Shown: positions 26,758-42,739, counted from the stretch's first letter. The stretch: DNA of 64,000 nt from Octopus vulgaris (GCA_951406725.2 OX597817.1:133796001-133860000); one strand, 5' to 3'. A program made the numbers and translations. Notes: generated from the sequence alone by a model not told the origin.

Positions 26758-27840
26758 TATATGTGTACTCACATATATATAAGCATACATATCCTACATA
26801 CCGAGATTAGATATATAGATAAACAGGCAGACATACACACATACATATGTACATATAGATAGATAGTTGGACGAATGGATAGATAGATAGACATACAGAC
26901 AAATAGATGTGATATTCTCGTGATAATTACGTAAAGTGTTTATCATATAATGAAAGTGAGAGTACCGTTGTCAAGAGAATGAGAAATTTTTCTTGAAACG
27001 ACAAGGTAGAGAGAGAGAGAGATAGAGAGAGAGAAGGTATGTGTGTGATGATACCTTAATGGAGTGTAGCAGAAACTGCATTATTTAAAAGATACTGTAT
27101 TCTGTGTGATAATAGAAGACCAAATAAAGGTAATGATACGCTCACAATAACCACCAGATGAAGACAGTGTTTAAGGGATATTATTGGGAGAGGAGGGAAA
27201 TGTGTAGTAATATAGTTATATCGTTGTATAATCTGCCATGATTTTAGTCGATATAATAATACATTGTGACTGAACAGATGTAGGAGAAGTTTGATATGAC
27301 AAGAAGCTATGTAGAAACACGTATTTGTCGATTATACGACAAGAAGTTTTATGTCAGAGCTCTCATGGGCACAGAGAGCAAAGTCGGGTCCTCAACATTT
27401 ATGATGACGGTAAAAATATTCGACTATCAACTTATGTTCCGATCCTCAATGAAGATGAAAGGCACTGGGTACACAATTTCAACCGCTTCTTATAGAATTA
27501 TGCATTCTGTTATTCGGGAATTTAATTTCGCTTTCGAAAGTTAATCCCCACCGCCACCACCACATCTGGTAAATAACATAACTGACAGCCTACTTAATTA
27601 GTGGTAAATTATAGTAGACAGGAGATAATTCAGGAGAAAACAGCGTTTATTAGACACACACACACACACACACATGTAATGATGTGATATTTCATATACA
27701 TGCATATATTGATGCGTACATAGATATACATACACCCACGCACATACATATGCACATATGTATATATATTACACATACATATATATATATAAACATACGT
27801 ACATATGTATGTACATACACGCGCGCACACACGCACACAC

Positions 27841-27882
<42 letters not shown>

Positions 27883-28784
27883 GTATACACACATATGGTA
27901 AGTGATCATAAAAATCATTACATCATTATTAGCCAAACAGAATTTGGATCTGGTATTGGGGCTTCCATAAAAGTCACAATTCTTCAGCAAAACTGTCGTG
28001 CGCGTGTGAGTGTGTGTGTACGTTTCCAAATATTGTCTTAAAGTTGAATGTAAAACATTGATTATGCACATGTATGTATACCTGTACACACACTCACACA
28101 CACACCTGAAAACATGCACACTTATATGCGTGAAAACACAGAAATATTTGTTGGTGAATGTGCATGTGTGTACTAAGTGCTACTATACGTATATACATAT
28201 ATATATACATATCTGTTTCTTTATACACACAGACACACACACACACATGCACACTTGCGTGTGTGTGTGGGAGAGATCCCTTGCTTCAATGACAAGTAAC
28301 AGCTAGCGTCAGGAAGGTCAACCAGCGGCAAAAACAATGGCTCAATATACTTGTCTAACCCATGCTAGCTTTCAAAAACGAATATAACTATTTATGAATA
28401 TAAATATCATGCACACACACATGTGTATACATATATAAATGCATACCCATAGATGCGTACATTATACACACACACACACACGCATATACAAATTGAGATA
28501 GGGGTTCTAAATGCAACCCTCCATGGGATAACATATATCCAATATACTGCTATTGATTTAGATGTATTTCTCCATTTTCTTATATTGTATATATATATAC
28601 ATATATATATAGGGGGAGGAGAGACAGAGCTGACATTGAAGTAAACAACATTGAATGCATCAAGTGTTGGATATCATGCATATGCATGCATCAATTCCAT
28701 ATTAAACCATTTACCTGACTCAGGGGTGAGGGGCTTCCATGACGTAGGGTAAGTATAATAAATGGGATCTGAATTGTAGTCACA

Positions 28785-28840
<56 letters not shown>

Positions 28841-29115
28841 TATTTTCATAAATTTATGTAAATGAATATATATATATATATATGCATATATGGGTACAGG
28901 ATGTCACCAACGGTGCAAATAACATGAAATACGTAAACAAACGAGCATTGAAGGACAATATGAGTCTTCAAACACAGTTGCTCCCATAAATTCTAGAATA
29001 AATTTAGGATTTATGGAGTGTCAAAGTTGGGAATAAAAAAGAGAATGACAATGGAAATATACAACGACATCGAACGAAAACAAATATGGAGGGTCGTTAG
29101 ACCAGAACGAGAGGA

Positions 29116-29168
<53 letters not shown>

Positions 29169-29634
29169 ATATCTGCTATGCCTTTCATGCGCACGAGTGG
29201 AGTGTCACCAATTACTTTGACATAAAATATACGCATGAAATAAACCATATACATTTACGCACACATATAAATGTAAACATAAAGAAGCACATGCTTACAT
29301 GTATATACACATTTCATGCATGTATATTATATCTTAATTCTATGTATTTATGCAGCTGAGGATTGCTTTGCATTTAAATTGATGTAATGGTTGCATTGTT
29401 CAATTAAATGGAGTCACTTGAAACGATCGTACTGTATTACCCCTGGATATCCTGTTGTTTATTTTGGTATATATATATATATATGCATATATACATATAT
29501 ATATATGATGTATCTGTATGTGTGAGTATGTGATAGAGAACATGATATATATATATATTATGTCCTGTCCGTGTTTATTGTGTCGTCTTCTAAGAGTTAT
29601 ACGTTCTTGTCCATGTTGTATTTTTCTACATACC

Positions 29635-30124
<490 letters not shown>

Positions 30125-30700
30125 TGACATGATAGGTGCTCACTGGCAGACACCCGTACCCATATATCAATTATAGATGTGCAACTGAAAGCTCTTCTAC
30201 CTATTCTATTTCTCTGTCTATGAAGAGATTGTAAAAAAAGAAACATAGCTGCGTATAATTGAACAGCGTATATATTTCACATTAATTTACACACAAGTGT
30301 AGATTAAACACTTGGAATTACTCTTCAGCATCTTATTGCTTCACGTGCCAGTAACTTCTGTATTGAATTGGTTGCCAGCAATGCGTTACGTATGCAAATA
30401 GGATTCTCCAAGTCGGTGAGGCCTGAAATTCTAGCGACTGTATGCACATATTTCCAACCGACTGCAGTAGACGGATGCTCAGATTCTCGAACTGATATTT
30501 CTGTGTGAACCCATAAATATTATAGCAGCAACTGGTACATCAAAATGTGCTGTGAATTTTCAATGTACATTTTACAGACAAGAACAGAACATTGGAAACA
30601 TAAATATTCTCTAAAGTTCATTTTCATCGACACCTACATACCATCATATTGACACCCCCTCTCTCTCACTCATACACACACAAACATATACATATACATA

Positions 30701-30809
<109 letters not shown>

Positions 30810-30825
30810 AAATATATGTATATAT

Positions 30826-31030
30826 ATTTTCTTTATTGCCCACAGGGGGCTAAACATAGAGGGGACAAAAATGGACAGACAAGAGGATTAAGTCGATTAC
30901 ATCAACCCCAGTGCGTAACTGGTTCTTATTTAATTGACCCCGAAAGGATGAAAGGCAAAGTCGACCTCAGCGGAATTTAAACTGAGAACGTATTTCGCCC
31001 GGCGTGCTAAAGATTCTGCAAGCTCGCCGT
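30826..31030 (-). mobile_element. SINE family A
   Basis: Reverse complement of the family A core and head. Confidence 0.8.
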
Positions 31031-31092
<62 letters not shown>

Positions 31093-31388
31093 TATATGTG
31101 TGTGTGTATGAGGAGTGGTTGTAATTTACTTATTGGATTTATTTATCGATACTGTTGTGCATAGGGTAAATGATTTTAAAAGTTGTGGTTTCTTTCGTTT
31201 GTTTGTTCCCAAACAACACTAATTTTAGTGGCGTTGACCCCAACGGATTGATAGGTACTGCCCAGGTGTCGAAACCATAATGATATCCGTGGGACAACTG
31301 ATGATGGAGGTATGTTGGATTGTTGGCATGGGTGTGGAATAGTATTATAACACAGCTTTTGATATATATATATATGTATATGTATATG

Positions 31389-31430
<42 letters not shown>

Positions 31431-31806
31431 CATACATATATCTATATATATATATACATATATATATATATTTATATGCCTATTAATATAATATATAAAC
31501 AATAAATATGAATATGTATGGAATGTATACATTGTTATACACTAACATACGCATGTGCACACACATATGCATATATATTCGCACTATATATAAGTACTAT
31601 ATATATATTACACACACACAGAGGTATATATTTTTGAATATAAAATAATATATAAATATATATCTATACTATATATAAGAATATATACTATAGAGATGCA
31701 ATATCTATATACACACACATATATATATATCTGTATATCTATTTGTATATATTCATATAAAGACACACAAATATGAAAGTGAGAGAATATCTCGATATGT
31801 ACTTTA

Positions 31807-31904
<98 letters not shown>

Positions 31905-32251
31905 TAGATATATAGATATACACACTTTATATATATGTATATTATATATGTGTGTGTTTAGGTATGTATGTATATATGACATCTGCAGTAACATTATACT
32001 ATGCTGTCAAATGAGGTGTCACCAGTTCCTTTTGCAATAGTTGTGTGAGAGTTTTGGGATACAAACCATGGGATTTGCAGTTTCCAAAAGAAAAACTTAC
32101 ATGGCCAATTGTCGTCTTCCGAGGTATTGTCTAATTACTACAAATTACGAAATCCTATTCAAAACATCTTATGCAAATCCTAGGACCGACATCTACAGTC
32201 CAGCGAATTCTATGTCTCTGGGTCGATATCTATCTACCTTACATATCTATG

Positions 32252-32345
<94 letters not shown>

Positions 32346-32619
32346 CCTATCTGTCTGTCTGCGCGCGCGCGAATCTGCTTATACATTACATATATGCGTG
32401 ATTATATATAATTATATGTATGTATATATATGTGTGTGTGTGTGTATGTATGTATATATATATGTATATGTATATATATATATGTATATATATGTATATA
32501 TGTATATATATATGCACTTTTTATGCATGGGCATTTACACACCATATAACAGGTGATACGCCTTGATACACGCACAGGTGTGCAAACACACAAACACGCA
32601 CGCACACGCACGCACGTAC

Positions 32620-32650
<31 letters not shown>

Positions 32651-32909
32651 CACACATATATACACATACGCGTATGTATGTATTTATAATGTATATAATG
32701 ACACGAATGTGTATACATGTGTTCATAATTATATATCAAGCATACATCATATAATATCAGGCTGTTACCATTATCAGGGAAGACCTTTGATAATGACGCA
32801 ATAATCCAGAGAGTATGTAGGAGTTTCGAAAGTGTATGCCGGTGTGTGGGTGGTCTGCTTCAGAGAACGATACACATATCCATAGTGTTCAGATATGCGT
32901 TTGAATATG

Positions 32910-32953
<44 letters not shown>

Positions 32954-33556
32954 AATTGTCCCCATCTATTTATCTACTTCTATCTATATACCTATAAATA
33001 AATATCGCACTAGCACAATCATATATGCTAATATACATATGTGGATATCTACAATGTACTTAGATATAATTTATTCATTTCTAATGCGCGCGCGCACGCA
33101 CACTCTCACACACACATATATGTATATATATTTGGGACGTATCCACATTATACATACATACATAAGAAAGAAGTCAGTCTCGGGCCTAAAAAGCTATTAG
33201 ACACCCACCCATGTGACCCCCACTCAACAGAACGCCGGTCCTTTGCTGATTAAAAATCTCTCCGTGGCATTACTTGATCAACATGGAATTAAGTGCTTTA
33301 ATCAAGGACGCAATTGTTTGCCAGACCCGAGAATCGAACCCACGAACTGTTGCTCGTAAGCCAAACACCCTAACAGCTAGCTCAGGAACATTCAGGTGTT
33401 TACATACTATACCTGTCTCATCCTTTCTTGCTTTATACACACACACTAACACATTTGTACATACACACACATATGCATGAACGTGTGTATGTAATACACA
33501 TTGATAATATGCTACACTATATACATAAATATATATATGTATACATATCTATATAA

Positions 33557-33617
<61 letters not shown>

Positions 33618-33689
33618 CATATATATATAATGTGTATGTTTATATATATGTATGGATGTATATATATACATGCATTCATACTTATATTT

Positions 33690-33950
33690 ATTTGGAAGAT
33701 CCCGGAGGAACTGAACGCAATTTTGGAATTGTTTTGAATACGAACCAAATATATAACAGCTTCAGTTTCAAAGACCGACAGGTGTTCAATACTTTGCCAA
33801 AATATCTCAGCGATCTATGAGGTGAAGCTGTGAATATAATCAAAAAATACCGAGGCAAGGTTTTATTTATCTGAGATACCAGATGAAATCAAATCTCGAC
33901 ACGAAACGCAGATGAGAGTGGCGTTGTCCATTTCACTCATAACTAAACAC
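33690..33950 (+). mobile_element. CR1-like LINE 3' end remnant
   Basis: YNSFSFKDRQVFNTLPKYL...SEIPDE...QMRVALS resembles CR1-type ORF2 C-termini. Confidence 0.55.
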
Positions 33951-34041
33951 GGAGAGAAGCCCCAGTATGCCCCCGCAACCAGTGTAAACGAATAAAAATA
34001 GTATGTGTGTATACATATATATATATATATATATGAATATA

Positions 34042-34105
<64 letters not shown>

Positions 34106-34277
34106 CTGATACACGCACACATACATTCATATATACATACACACAAAAGAATGTGTATTCATGTGAACTGAATATCTTAGCCAATAGCAACAGTTTGTAT
34201 GTAGTGAAACATGTTTAAGAATACCTATGGCGTCACAGGTGCTACCATATGTGAAACGTAGCGTTGTTTATCCTGCA

Positions 34278-34356
<79 letters not shown>

Positions 34357-34595
34357 TTTAAAAAAATACAAAATGGGACAAGAACGCAAAACATCCAGAC
34401 AGGTGATACAAGAAAGGGGCAACAAAACATCCTCATAGGCGATACAAAAAAAAAAACAAGGACGGGTCATTCGGAGTTTTCTTTCCTCAGTCGAGTTCTA
34501 GATTATCTTTGCAATTTCGGCTGGTTACACTCGAGATTGCTCCAATCTGGTATGTAGATAGATGGATGGATAGATGGATGGATGGATGGATAGAT

Positions 34596-34764
34596 AATGG
34601 TTTCAAAATTTCGTACAAGGCCAGTAGTATTTGAGGAGAGAAGCAGACGATTACATCAACCCCCGTAATTGACTGGTACTTATTTGATCTACCCCGAAAG
34701 GATGAAAGGTAAAATCGAAATAATAATAATAATAATAATAATGATGATGGTGGTAATTGTAGTT

Positions 34765-34819
<55 letters not shown>

Positions 34820-35006
34820 TGATGATAATGATAATAGTAATAATAATAATAAAAGTGATGATGATGATGATGGTGATCCTATCTACTATAGGCACAATGC
34901 CTGAAATTTTGTGGGAGGAGACAAGTCGATTAGAACGACTCCTTGTGTTTCACTGATACTTAATTTTTTGACCCCGAAAGGATGAAATACAAAGTTGACC
35001 ACGGCA

Positions 35007-35008
<2 letters not shown>
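34596..35008 (-). mobile_element. Two SINE family A 3' fragments separated by (TAA)n
   Basis: Both carry ccccgaaaggatgaaa plus the tail. Confidence 0.7.
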
Positions 35009-35066
<58 letters not shown>

Positions 35067-35080
35067 TAATAATAATAATG

Positions 35081-35131
<51 letters not shown>

Positions 35132-35235
35132 TTGATGATGATGATGATATGATAATAATGATAATCATAATAATAACAACAATAACATCAAGAATGAAAA
35201 ATTCATAAATAGGTGTAAAACAACTTTGTCATTGG

Positions 35236-35270
<35 letters not shown>

Positions 35271-35817
35271 AATTCATTGTGTATATGTATGTGTGTGTGT
35301 GTATGTGTATGTGAACACACATGTGCAGGGATGTTTATATATATATAATGTGTGATTGTGCGTGTATATATATAACCATAAACAAGATTGTATACATAAA
35401 GTTATATTCGTGTATACATATATACATGCATATATATATATATATATACATGAATTTAATACATATGCATATATGTATACACATAGGCAGACACGTACAT
35501 ACATGTGTCTGTGTGTATATATGTATACACATGTATGCGTGCGTGCACATCAGAGTCTCTGTGTTTGTGCACTTGTTGGTGTGTACGTGTGTTAACGTTA
35601 GTGTGTAAGAGTGTGTATGTATCCATACATATATGTGTGTAAAATTTACATTTATAAGCTGCATGTCTGTAAATAAGAGCGAATGAATAATAGAACAGTT
35701 TGAGAGAGAGAGAGAGAGAGACAGTTGCTGTGTTTTAACATCAATAATACTAACAATAACAACTGAAATGTTTGTGTTAATAATGATATAAAGGTGTTGC
35801 TAATGGCAACCAATGTT

Positions 35818-35823
35818 ACTCAC
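35818..35823 (-). other. 5' splice donor GTGAGT, phase-2 intron inside the Gly codon of TTLG|YGD
   Basis: Minus strand reads ACA CTA GG|GTGAGTAA, a consensus donor, and the protein must continue YGD. Confidence 0.9.
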
Positions 35824-36929
35824 CCTAGTGTCGTCATGGTAACGATTGTATACCAGAATGCTTCAGGAATACTGGTGAATTTGGTTTTTATAACATTCTT
35901 CTCCGCGTAAAACATCACAGTAGCAAAAATGATGATAGCCATGGTTAATGAAAAGAGGAGGAAGCCAAGTTCACTGGCACAGCTTTTCAGTGTATAACCG
36001 AGAATACGTAATCCTTGTGAATGCCTGGAGAATTTGAAAATCCTAAATACGCGGAAGACACGAAGCGTAACAAAAGCTCCGCTCACATCATCGTTGTCTG
36101 TAATAACAAGACCTATATAATATGGAAGAATTGCAACCACATCTATTATACTCATAACACTTCGTATGAATTTACATCGGTCGGGAGCAGCGTAAGCCCG
36201 TAACAAATACTCTGCTGTGAAAATCATAACACAAGCGGTATCCAGACAAAAAAAGGCCAACTCGTAACGTTCCCCGCAAGGAGGGTTTTCGTTGGTTTCT
36301 GGAATAATCCCACAAGGGACAGTCTCTACTACATTAGCCATCACAGAAACTGCAATGAAAAAACCGGTGACATAGTAAAAAACAAGTGCTGTTGTTCCGA
36401 TATGCGGGTTTTCAAAGGCCCGCCAGAACTTTTCCCGAATTGTCACTGCAGGTGTACTATCCCCATTTTCTGAGGCTTTGTCATCTAGGAGCCGCTCGCT
36501 GTTCTCCCGCCGTCGATCTTTGTAATCTTCGTAGCAACAGTCACCTATTAGATCAGGCATGATACCGAAAAATGACATTTCCTCATCATACGATTGAATA
36601 CACTCATGTTTAGGGTAATGGAGTTTACCCGTTCTATAGTAGTTCAAAACATGTCTGAAAAACTCTGGGTCGCGGTCAAAGAAATACTCCTTCGTTTCTT
36701 CATCGTAAAAAAATTCCTTTTCGTTTGAACCAAGTAAAGTGTCGGGGTATTTTTCCAGAGTAGTCCTCCAGGTTTCAAACCTGCGTCCCGATACATTAAT
36801 TAGCATTTTATTGTCCCCTCTTTTGTGTTCTTCCCGCACTTTTGGTGTGGGTAAGGGGTTCCGGGCCACAGGAACCCATCCGATAGCGGAGGCCCGGGCA
36901 AAAGGTAACCATGCCGCAACAGAGGCCAT
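35824..36929 (-). CDS. Shal: Shal/Kv4 (KCND family) voltage-gated potassium channel, first coding exon (N-terminus, T1 domain, S1-S5, pore helix)
   Basis: The ORF starts [20 protein letters not shown] (Kv4 N-terminal KChIP-binding motif). It has a T1 domain ([11 protein letters not shown]...YFFDRDP) with the HX5CX20CC Zn motif, S4 [19 protein letters not shown] and pore helix [13 protein letters not shown]. Start context is cACCATGG. The reading frame runs into CTA GG|GTGAGT, so the ORF-track stop at 35820 is intronic. Confidence 0.97.
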
Positions 36930-38055
36930 GGTGAATTTGGAGAAACCCTCCTCGCCAAAGTGAAGGACTACAATTTTGACACGTTTTCTAAGAACACACT
37001 ACATCCAGATGTAAAAGGGAAGTATTTGTGTATTTGTCGAAAACTATTTCCGCCAGTATGAGTTTTATCAATCGAGATGGATCAAATAGTATTTATATTA
37101 CTGGAGATCAGATCGTATAAACTTCATGCAAATTATTATTCCTGGTAGTGGTTTAACTGGTTTTAGCAGTGTGTGTATATTTCCCGTTGAACTGGTGTTG
37201 AAAAAATGTGCTTTTCCCCCTTTTTTTAAGAAAAAGGGAGAAAAACGAAAAAAAAAACAAATATTTGAAAATTTATTTTCTTCAGTTAATTACTGAAGAA
37301 TTCTTTTTTTTAGTTAAGGATTTTCCTTTATAAATATATAAATAAATTTTAAAAAATTAAATTAATTTCTCCTAATGTGGTTTAGATATATGTAACATCT
37401 TCCCTCCGTTTCTCCTCTTAAGGGAATCGTAGCAACCGGAGCGGCGAATCAAAATAAATATGATTCTAAATGTAAAAGGTGATGGTCATATAAAGAAAGA
37501 AAGTAGAGAAAGATAAGGTACAAAAATTAGAAAGATGAACAGAGGGTGGGATGAGAATTAGTTAGAGAGAGAAAGTGTGTCTGTGTATGTGAGAGAGAGA
37601 AAGAGAGTGAATGGAGAAGAGAAAACACTTATTTAGCAAATAAAAAGAACTGGAGAAGAAGGGGCGATTCTTTTCCTCTTTTTTTTCCGAACTCGTACTT
37701 TGGTCAGCCTGCACAGAATGGCCGCACATTGGTTCCTTTGCGCTTTGAGAGTTGCCACTTCGAAGTAATTAAAAAAGATGCTGTTACGGTGATCAGTAAA
37801 TAAGTTAACACGACAGCTCCCCTTCTGGAGAGACGTGGCCAATGATGTTGATGCTGATGCTGATGCTATGAATGATGTAGGCTGGTGCTGATGCTGGAAG
37901 CCACCGAGTTCTCGGATGAGCGCTATCTTTGGAGTGTAAGAATGACACGTAAAAATAGGTAAGCAGAAAAGGTAGATGTTTGCGCTCGGGTTTTCTCACT
38001 CCGCACTTGTTCTTTTTACCCTGGGCTATTTGCGTTTGTAGCTGTATCTCTGAGT
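36930..38055 (-). other. Probable 5' UTR/upstream unique sequence of the Kv4 gene
   Basis: About 1.1 kb with no recognisable transposon directly upstream of the ATG, in a window otherwise full of repeats. The TSS cannot be determined. Confidence 0.45.
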
Positions 38056-38057
38056 GA

Positions 38058-38095
<38 letters not shown>

Positions 38096-38149
38096 GCGTG
38101 TGTATGTGTGAGTGCGCGCGCGCGCGTTTATATATATATGTGTATGAGT

Positions 38150-38189
<40 letters not shown>

Positions 38190-39229
38190 CTGGTGTGAGG
38201 TGTGCTGTTTATATGGTGTGTGCACTAAGTATGTTATTAATATAGATGGGTGGTGTGTGTGTGTGCATCATATATGAAACTAGTTGATATGTTGTATGTC
38301 AGTTTCCAGCCTCTCGTCGTCGTTGATAGAAATAATAATAATAATGATAACAATACCGGTTACTTTAAAGCTTACCTTTTTTCACTCTTTGTTTTTAATT
38401 CATTTTTTTTTTGTTTTTTGGAAAATCTAATCCTTGTCTCTTTACAACTTTCGATCCTTTTTTTTTCTTTTTTTTTTTTTCCTCAAATATCACTCATCCC
38501 CACTTGTCTTTTCTTTTCTCGTTTTATCGAGTCTCTTTTACTTTTCCTTTGAAATTTTGCGTTTATAACAGATTTATGATATCTCTACATACATATATAT
38601 AAATATATATGGGTTATATATCTATATACATATATATATATAATTCTCTCACTTTTTTTTCTTGTCACCTTTTCTGCTTAGTTTTTTCTGTCTCAGTTTT
38701 TTACCTTTGCCCACAGACGAAACCTTTCTCTCTCTTTCTTTCTTTCTCTCTTTCTTTCTTTCTTTTTTTCTTTCTCTCTCTTTCTCTCTTTCTCTCTGCC
38801 CAATTGTTGCGGTTGTCGGTTAGAACTACTGGTTGCAACAATAACTCCAATGTACTTCAGTAAACAACAACAACAACCGCACACCTGTACCTCCAACACA
38901 ATCGCTCATCACTTGCGAGGATTTCTTATTGTTTTGAGGTTTTTGTTAGTTGTTTTTTTTTTTGCGGATGCTGGGGGAGGAATCAGTGACTTGTTTGTTT
39001 GTTTGGGGGTATTTTTGTAGTTTTTGTTTTGTTCTTGTAATTTTCTATATTTTGTTCGTTTGTTGTTGTTTTTTTTTTTTTGTTGTCTCTCTGTTCACCC
39101 CGTTCAGCTAATTATGCGTGGGACTTCATTTTGACAAGTGATTTTTTGAGAACGTGATAGAGGCTGGCAAGAGAGTGAAAAAAGGTAATGCCATCACCCG
39201 TTTCGGCGGCAGCACCGTGGCTCGGTGCT

Positions 39230-40395
39230 GGTAGTGGTGGTACGGTAGCTCCCGCTAGCAATATCACAAGCATCTTTTCGTCTCTGTTGTAAATAGCAGC
39301 AGTAGTAGTACTAACAGAGCAGAGATGGCGGCCGCGGCAGTGATGATGGCGGCGGTGGTGGTGGTGTCAGGAGTACTAGCCGAGCTGGTAGCACAGTCGT
39401 TTACGACTTAAACAACGGTGGTAGCAGCTAAGAGTTAGTTATGGTGGGAGGCAACGATGTGTGTGCGTATGTATATATATATGAATAGATAGAGAGAAAG
39501 AGAGGGTGAATGTGCGAGAGAAATCGGTGACATGGTGGCAGTAGGAGGTGCTAAATAGGCTACAGCTTATTGCTGATGGTGGTGGTGGTGGTGGTGATGG
39601 TGGTTGTAGCGGTGAATATGGAGGTGGCGATGGTGTTGGAGAAACAGCAGAAATGAAAGCAGTGGTGGTGACGGTGCAGAAGCAACAGCCGTTGTGTTTG
39701 TGGTGGTGCTGGTGGTAGTGGAGGTGGTGGTGGTGGTGGCGGTGGTGTAGAAGCAACAGCCGTAGAAATGGCGGCGGCGGTGGTGCAGAAGCAGCAGCCG
39801 TAGTGGTGATGGTAGTGGTGGTGGTGGTGGTGTAGGAGCAACAGCCGTAGTGATTGTTAGGAATGGAGGTGGTGTAGGTGGTGGTCTTGTGAAATTTATT
39901 GACAGGGGCGGCGGTGGAGATGCTTGATTGATTGCTGTGTTGACGGTAGTGGAGGCGGTGGGTGGGGGTGGGGGGGAAAGGTGACAGTAGTGACCGTGAA
40001 GCGACAATAGTGCTGCTGCTGCTGTTGTTGATGTTCCTAGATGGTGGTGGTGGAGGTGGAGGTGGTGGTGGTGGTGGTGGTAGTAACTAGCTTTGAAGGC
40101 AGCGGCGGAAGGTGTGCTGGGGATGATGGTGGTAATAGTGGTAGTGGTGGTGGTGGTGGTGGCAGCTATAGTAATAGTAGTTTTAACGTAGCTTCTGTGT
40201 TGAGGGCGATGGTGGGAGCACTGTTAGCTGTAAAGGAGGCGGGGGAGGGATGGAAACGATTGGGGGCGTGCTGTGCCATTGTTGTTGGTAGTGATGGTGA
40301 CAGTGGTAGTGGAGATATGATGGCGATGGTGGCGGCGGTATCGATGTCTGTCACGATGGTTACGATGGCAATCCAGATGGAGATGGTTGTGATGG

Positions 40396-40426
<31 letters not shown>

Positions 40427-40445
40427 GGTGGTGGAAATGGAGGTG
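39230..40445. repeat. Cryptic (GGT/GCA)-rich low-complexity tract with recurring gcaacagccgt units
   Basis: Repeated ggtggtggt and agcaacagccgt; no credible ORF. Confidence 0.75.
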
Positions 40446-40922
40446 TCAGGGTGGTGTTTTTATTGTTGTTTCACTTGAGGTGAACCCCGATCCAGCAGGG
40501 CAATATAATCGGAAGCGGTCCAGCTTTGACCATCCTGTCGTTTCGCAAAGTATCTGGAACTGCATTATATAATGAGTCCTACCCATCATCCAAGAGCTTG
40601 GATTGCGTTTTAAGGGAGAATTGCCTCCTATTTCTAGCAGATCGAAAGCGATCGCGTGAAGATAACTCGTGGCTTCGGCGTTGGTGGTGCTATTCGTGGT
40701 TCTAGAGATGTTGGCATATATATATATATATATATAGGTATGCATACACACACATACACACACGTACATGAACAAACATACACACACACACACACCCTAA
40801 ACGTTGCCCCACCTTGCCCGCTGCCCTTGACTGGAAGTAATAACAAAATACAATATACCGATATAAACATACAAATTTATGCACACACCTACGTATAATA
40901 TGTATACATATATATGCATATG

Positions 40923-40980
<58 letters not shown>

Positions 40981-41032
40981 TGGGTGTGCATATGTATACA
41001 GGTGCTTATATATATATATATATATATATATG

Positions 41033-41064
<32 letters not shown>

Positions 41065-41167
41065 TTGTATGCAGGTGCATATATATATACGTAGATATAT
41101 ATACATATGTATAAATATATATATATATATATGTATATACAGGTGCATATGTATGTATGTCTTTATG

Positions 41168-41212
<45 letters not shown>

Positions 41213-41548
41213 GTGTGTGTGTGTGTATATATATACATACATAAATACAGGTGCATATATGTGTATATATACATATATATGTGTGTGTGTGTATATATAT
41301 ATATATATCTTTGTTTATTGAAGGGATTTCTCCCTAGTTTTCATTCCCTTCGGTGTCGGCGCGTGTGTACACTTATTGAGGTAGCTTAGCTTTAGAGTCC
41401 CATTAAAGCGGGTGGCTTTTACGCACAGTAAACACCCTTTGGTATTAGAATGTAGTTTACATATAAAGTTTAAAATTAGATAATTGTATTTTTTTCCTTA
41501 ATTGGTTTCACGCGCTGGCTACTCGAGGAAATCTTCTCTAGATTTTAT

Positions 41549-41588
<40 letters not shown>

Positions 41589-41984
41589 GCGTGCACATAT
41601 ATTCAAACATCTCTATGTACACATGCATACATATATTTATACAGATATGTAAATACACACACAGTTTAATTAAGAAGGAAAGGCAGCATCCATAATCGTT
41701 TATCTTCTTTTTTTTATTATTATTGTTTTTTCTTTTACGCTTTCCAACGCCCCCCCCCCGCCCACCCCTGATAGGATGAAGGAAGTTCTCCCTTAGAGCC
41801 TAACTTCAACACTTGCAGCATTGTGACCTCCGTTAAAAGTACCCAACGTCCAGGTGGTGGTGGTGGTGGTGGTGGTGGTGGTGGTGGTGGTGGTGGTGGT
41901 AAGCATGATGACGGATTAGGTCTACTGCTAAAGAATACACACACACACACACACACACACACTCATACACACACACACACTCAT

Positions 41985-42056
<72 letters not shown>

Positions 42057-42422
42057 ATTTATGTATGTATGTATGTATTCAGGACGCACCTGGAGCCGAT
42101 GCCAAAGCTCGAATATATCCAAAGTTGACTTTGATGTGATTTGAAACGTGACAGCGTATTTCATTATGTACATCCATATGTGTGCGTGTGCGCGAGTGTG
42201 CATGTGCACGAGCGCGCGCGCGCCAATGCGTTTGTTTGCATGTGTGTGTATGTATATTTATATATATATATATTTATATTTATATATATGCATGTATTTG
42301 CATACATACGTGCACATGTATGTGTATTACGTGCTTTTACAAATTGATGTATTGTGTACATACTGTACAGTTATTCGTTTAAGTATCTAATATACACAAG
42401 TACAGAGGAACGCGCGCACATT

Positions 42423-42501
<79 letters not shown>

Positions 42502-42533
42502 CTCTATCTATCTATATATCTATCTCTATATAT

Positions 42534-42592
<59 letters not shown>

Positions 42593-42669
42593 TATATGTA
42601 TATATACATTTATATATGCATATATGTGTGCAAACATACACATTACTATATTCACACGTTGTTTAAATG

Positions 42670-42739
<70 letters not shown>

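Noticed and set aside
31238-31300. Further hammerhead-like fragments (also ~7100-7140, ~12320-12360, ~21680-21695, ~32825-32870)
   Set aside because: Each lacks one core half or has multiple core substitutions, so they are too degenerate to call individually.
35820-35823. Stop codon ending the 369-aa ORF, suggesting a truncated channel or pseudogene
   Set aside because: The TGA lies within the GTGAGT splice donor; the exon itself is intact.
39208-39230. CAGCACC..GG resembling an RE1/NRSE silencer near a neuronal gene
   Set aside because: The right half-site (ACAG) does not match, and canonical REST is not established in molluscs.
39439-40478. His/Pro/Thr/Gly-rich ORFs upstream of Kv4
   Set aside because: Products of cryptic GGT/CAC repeats that are open in several frames; no domain.
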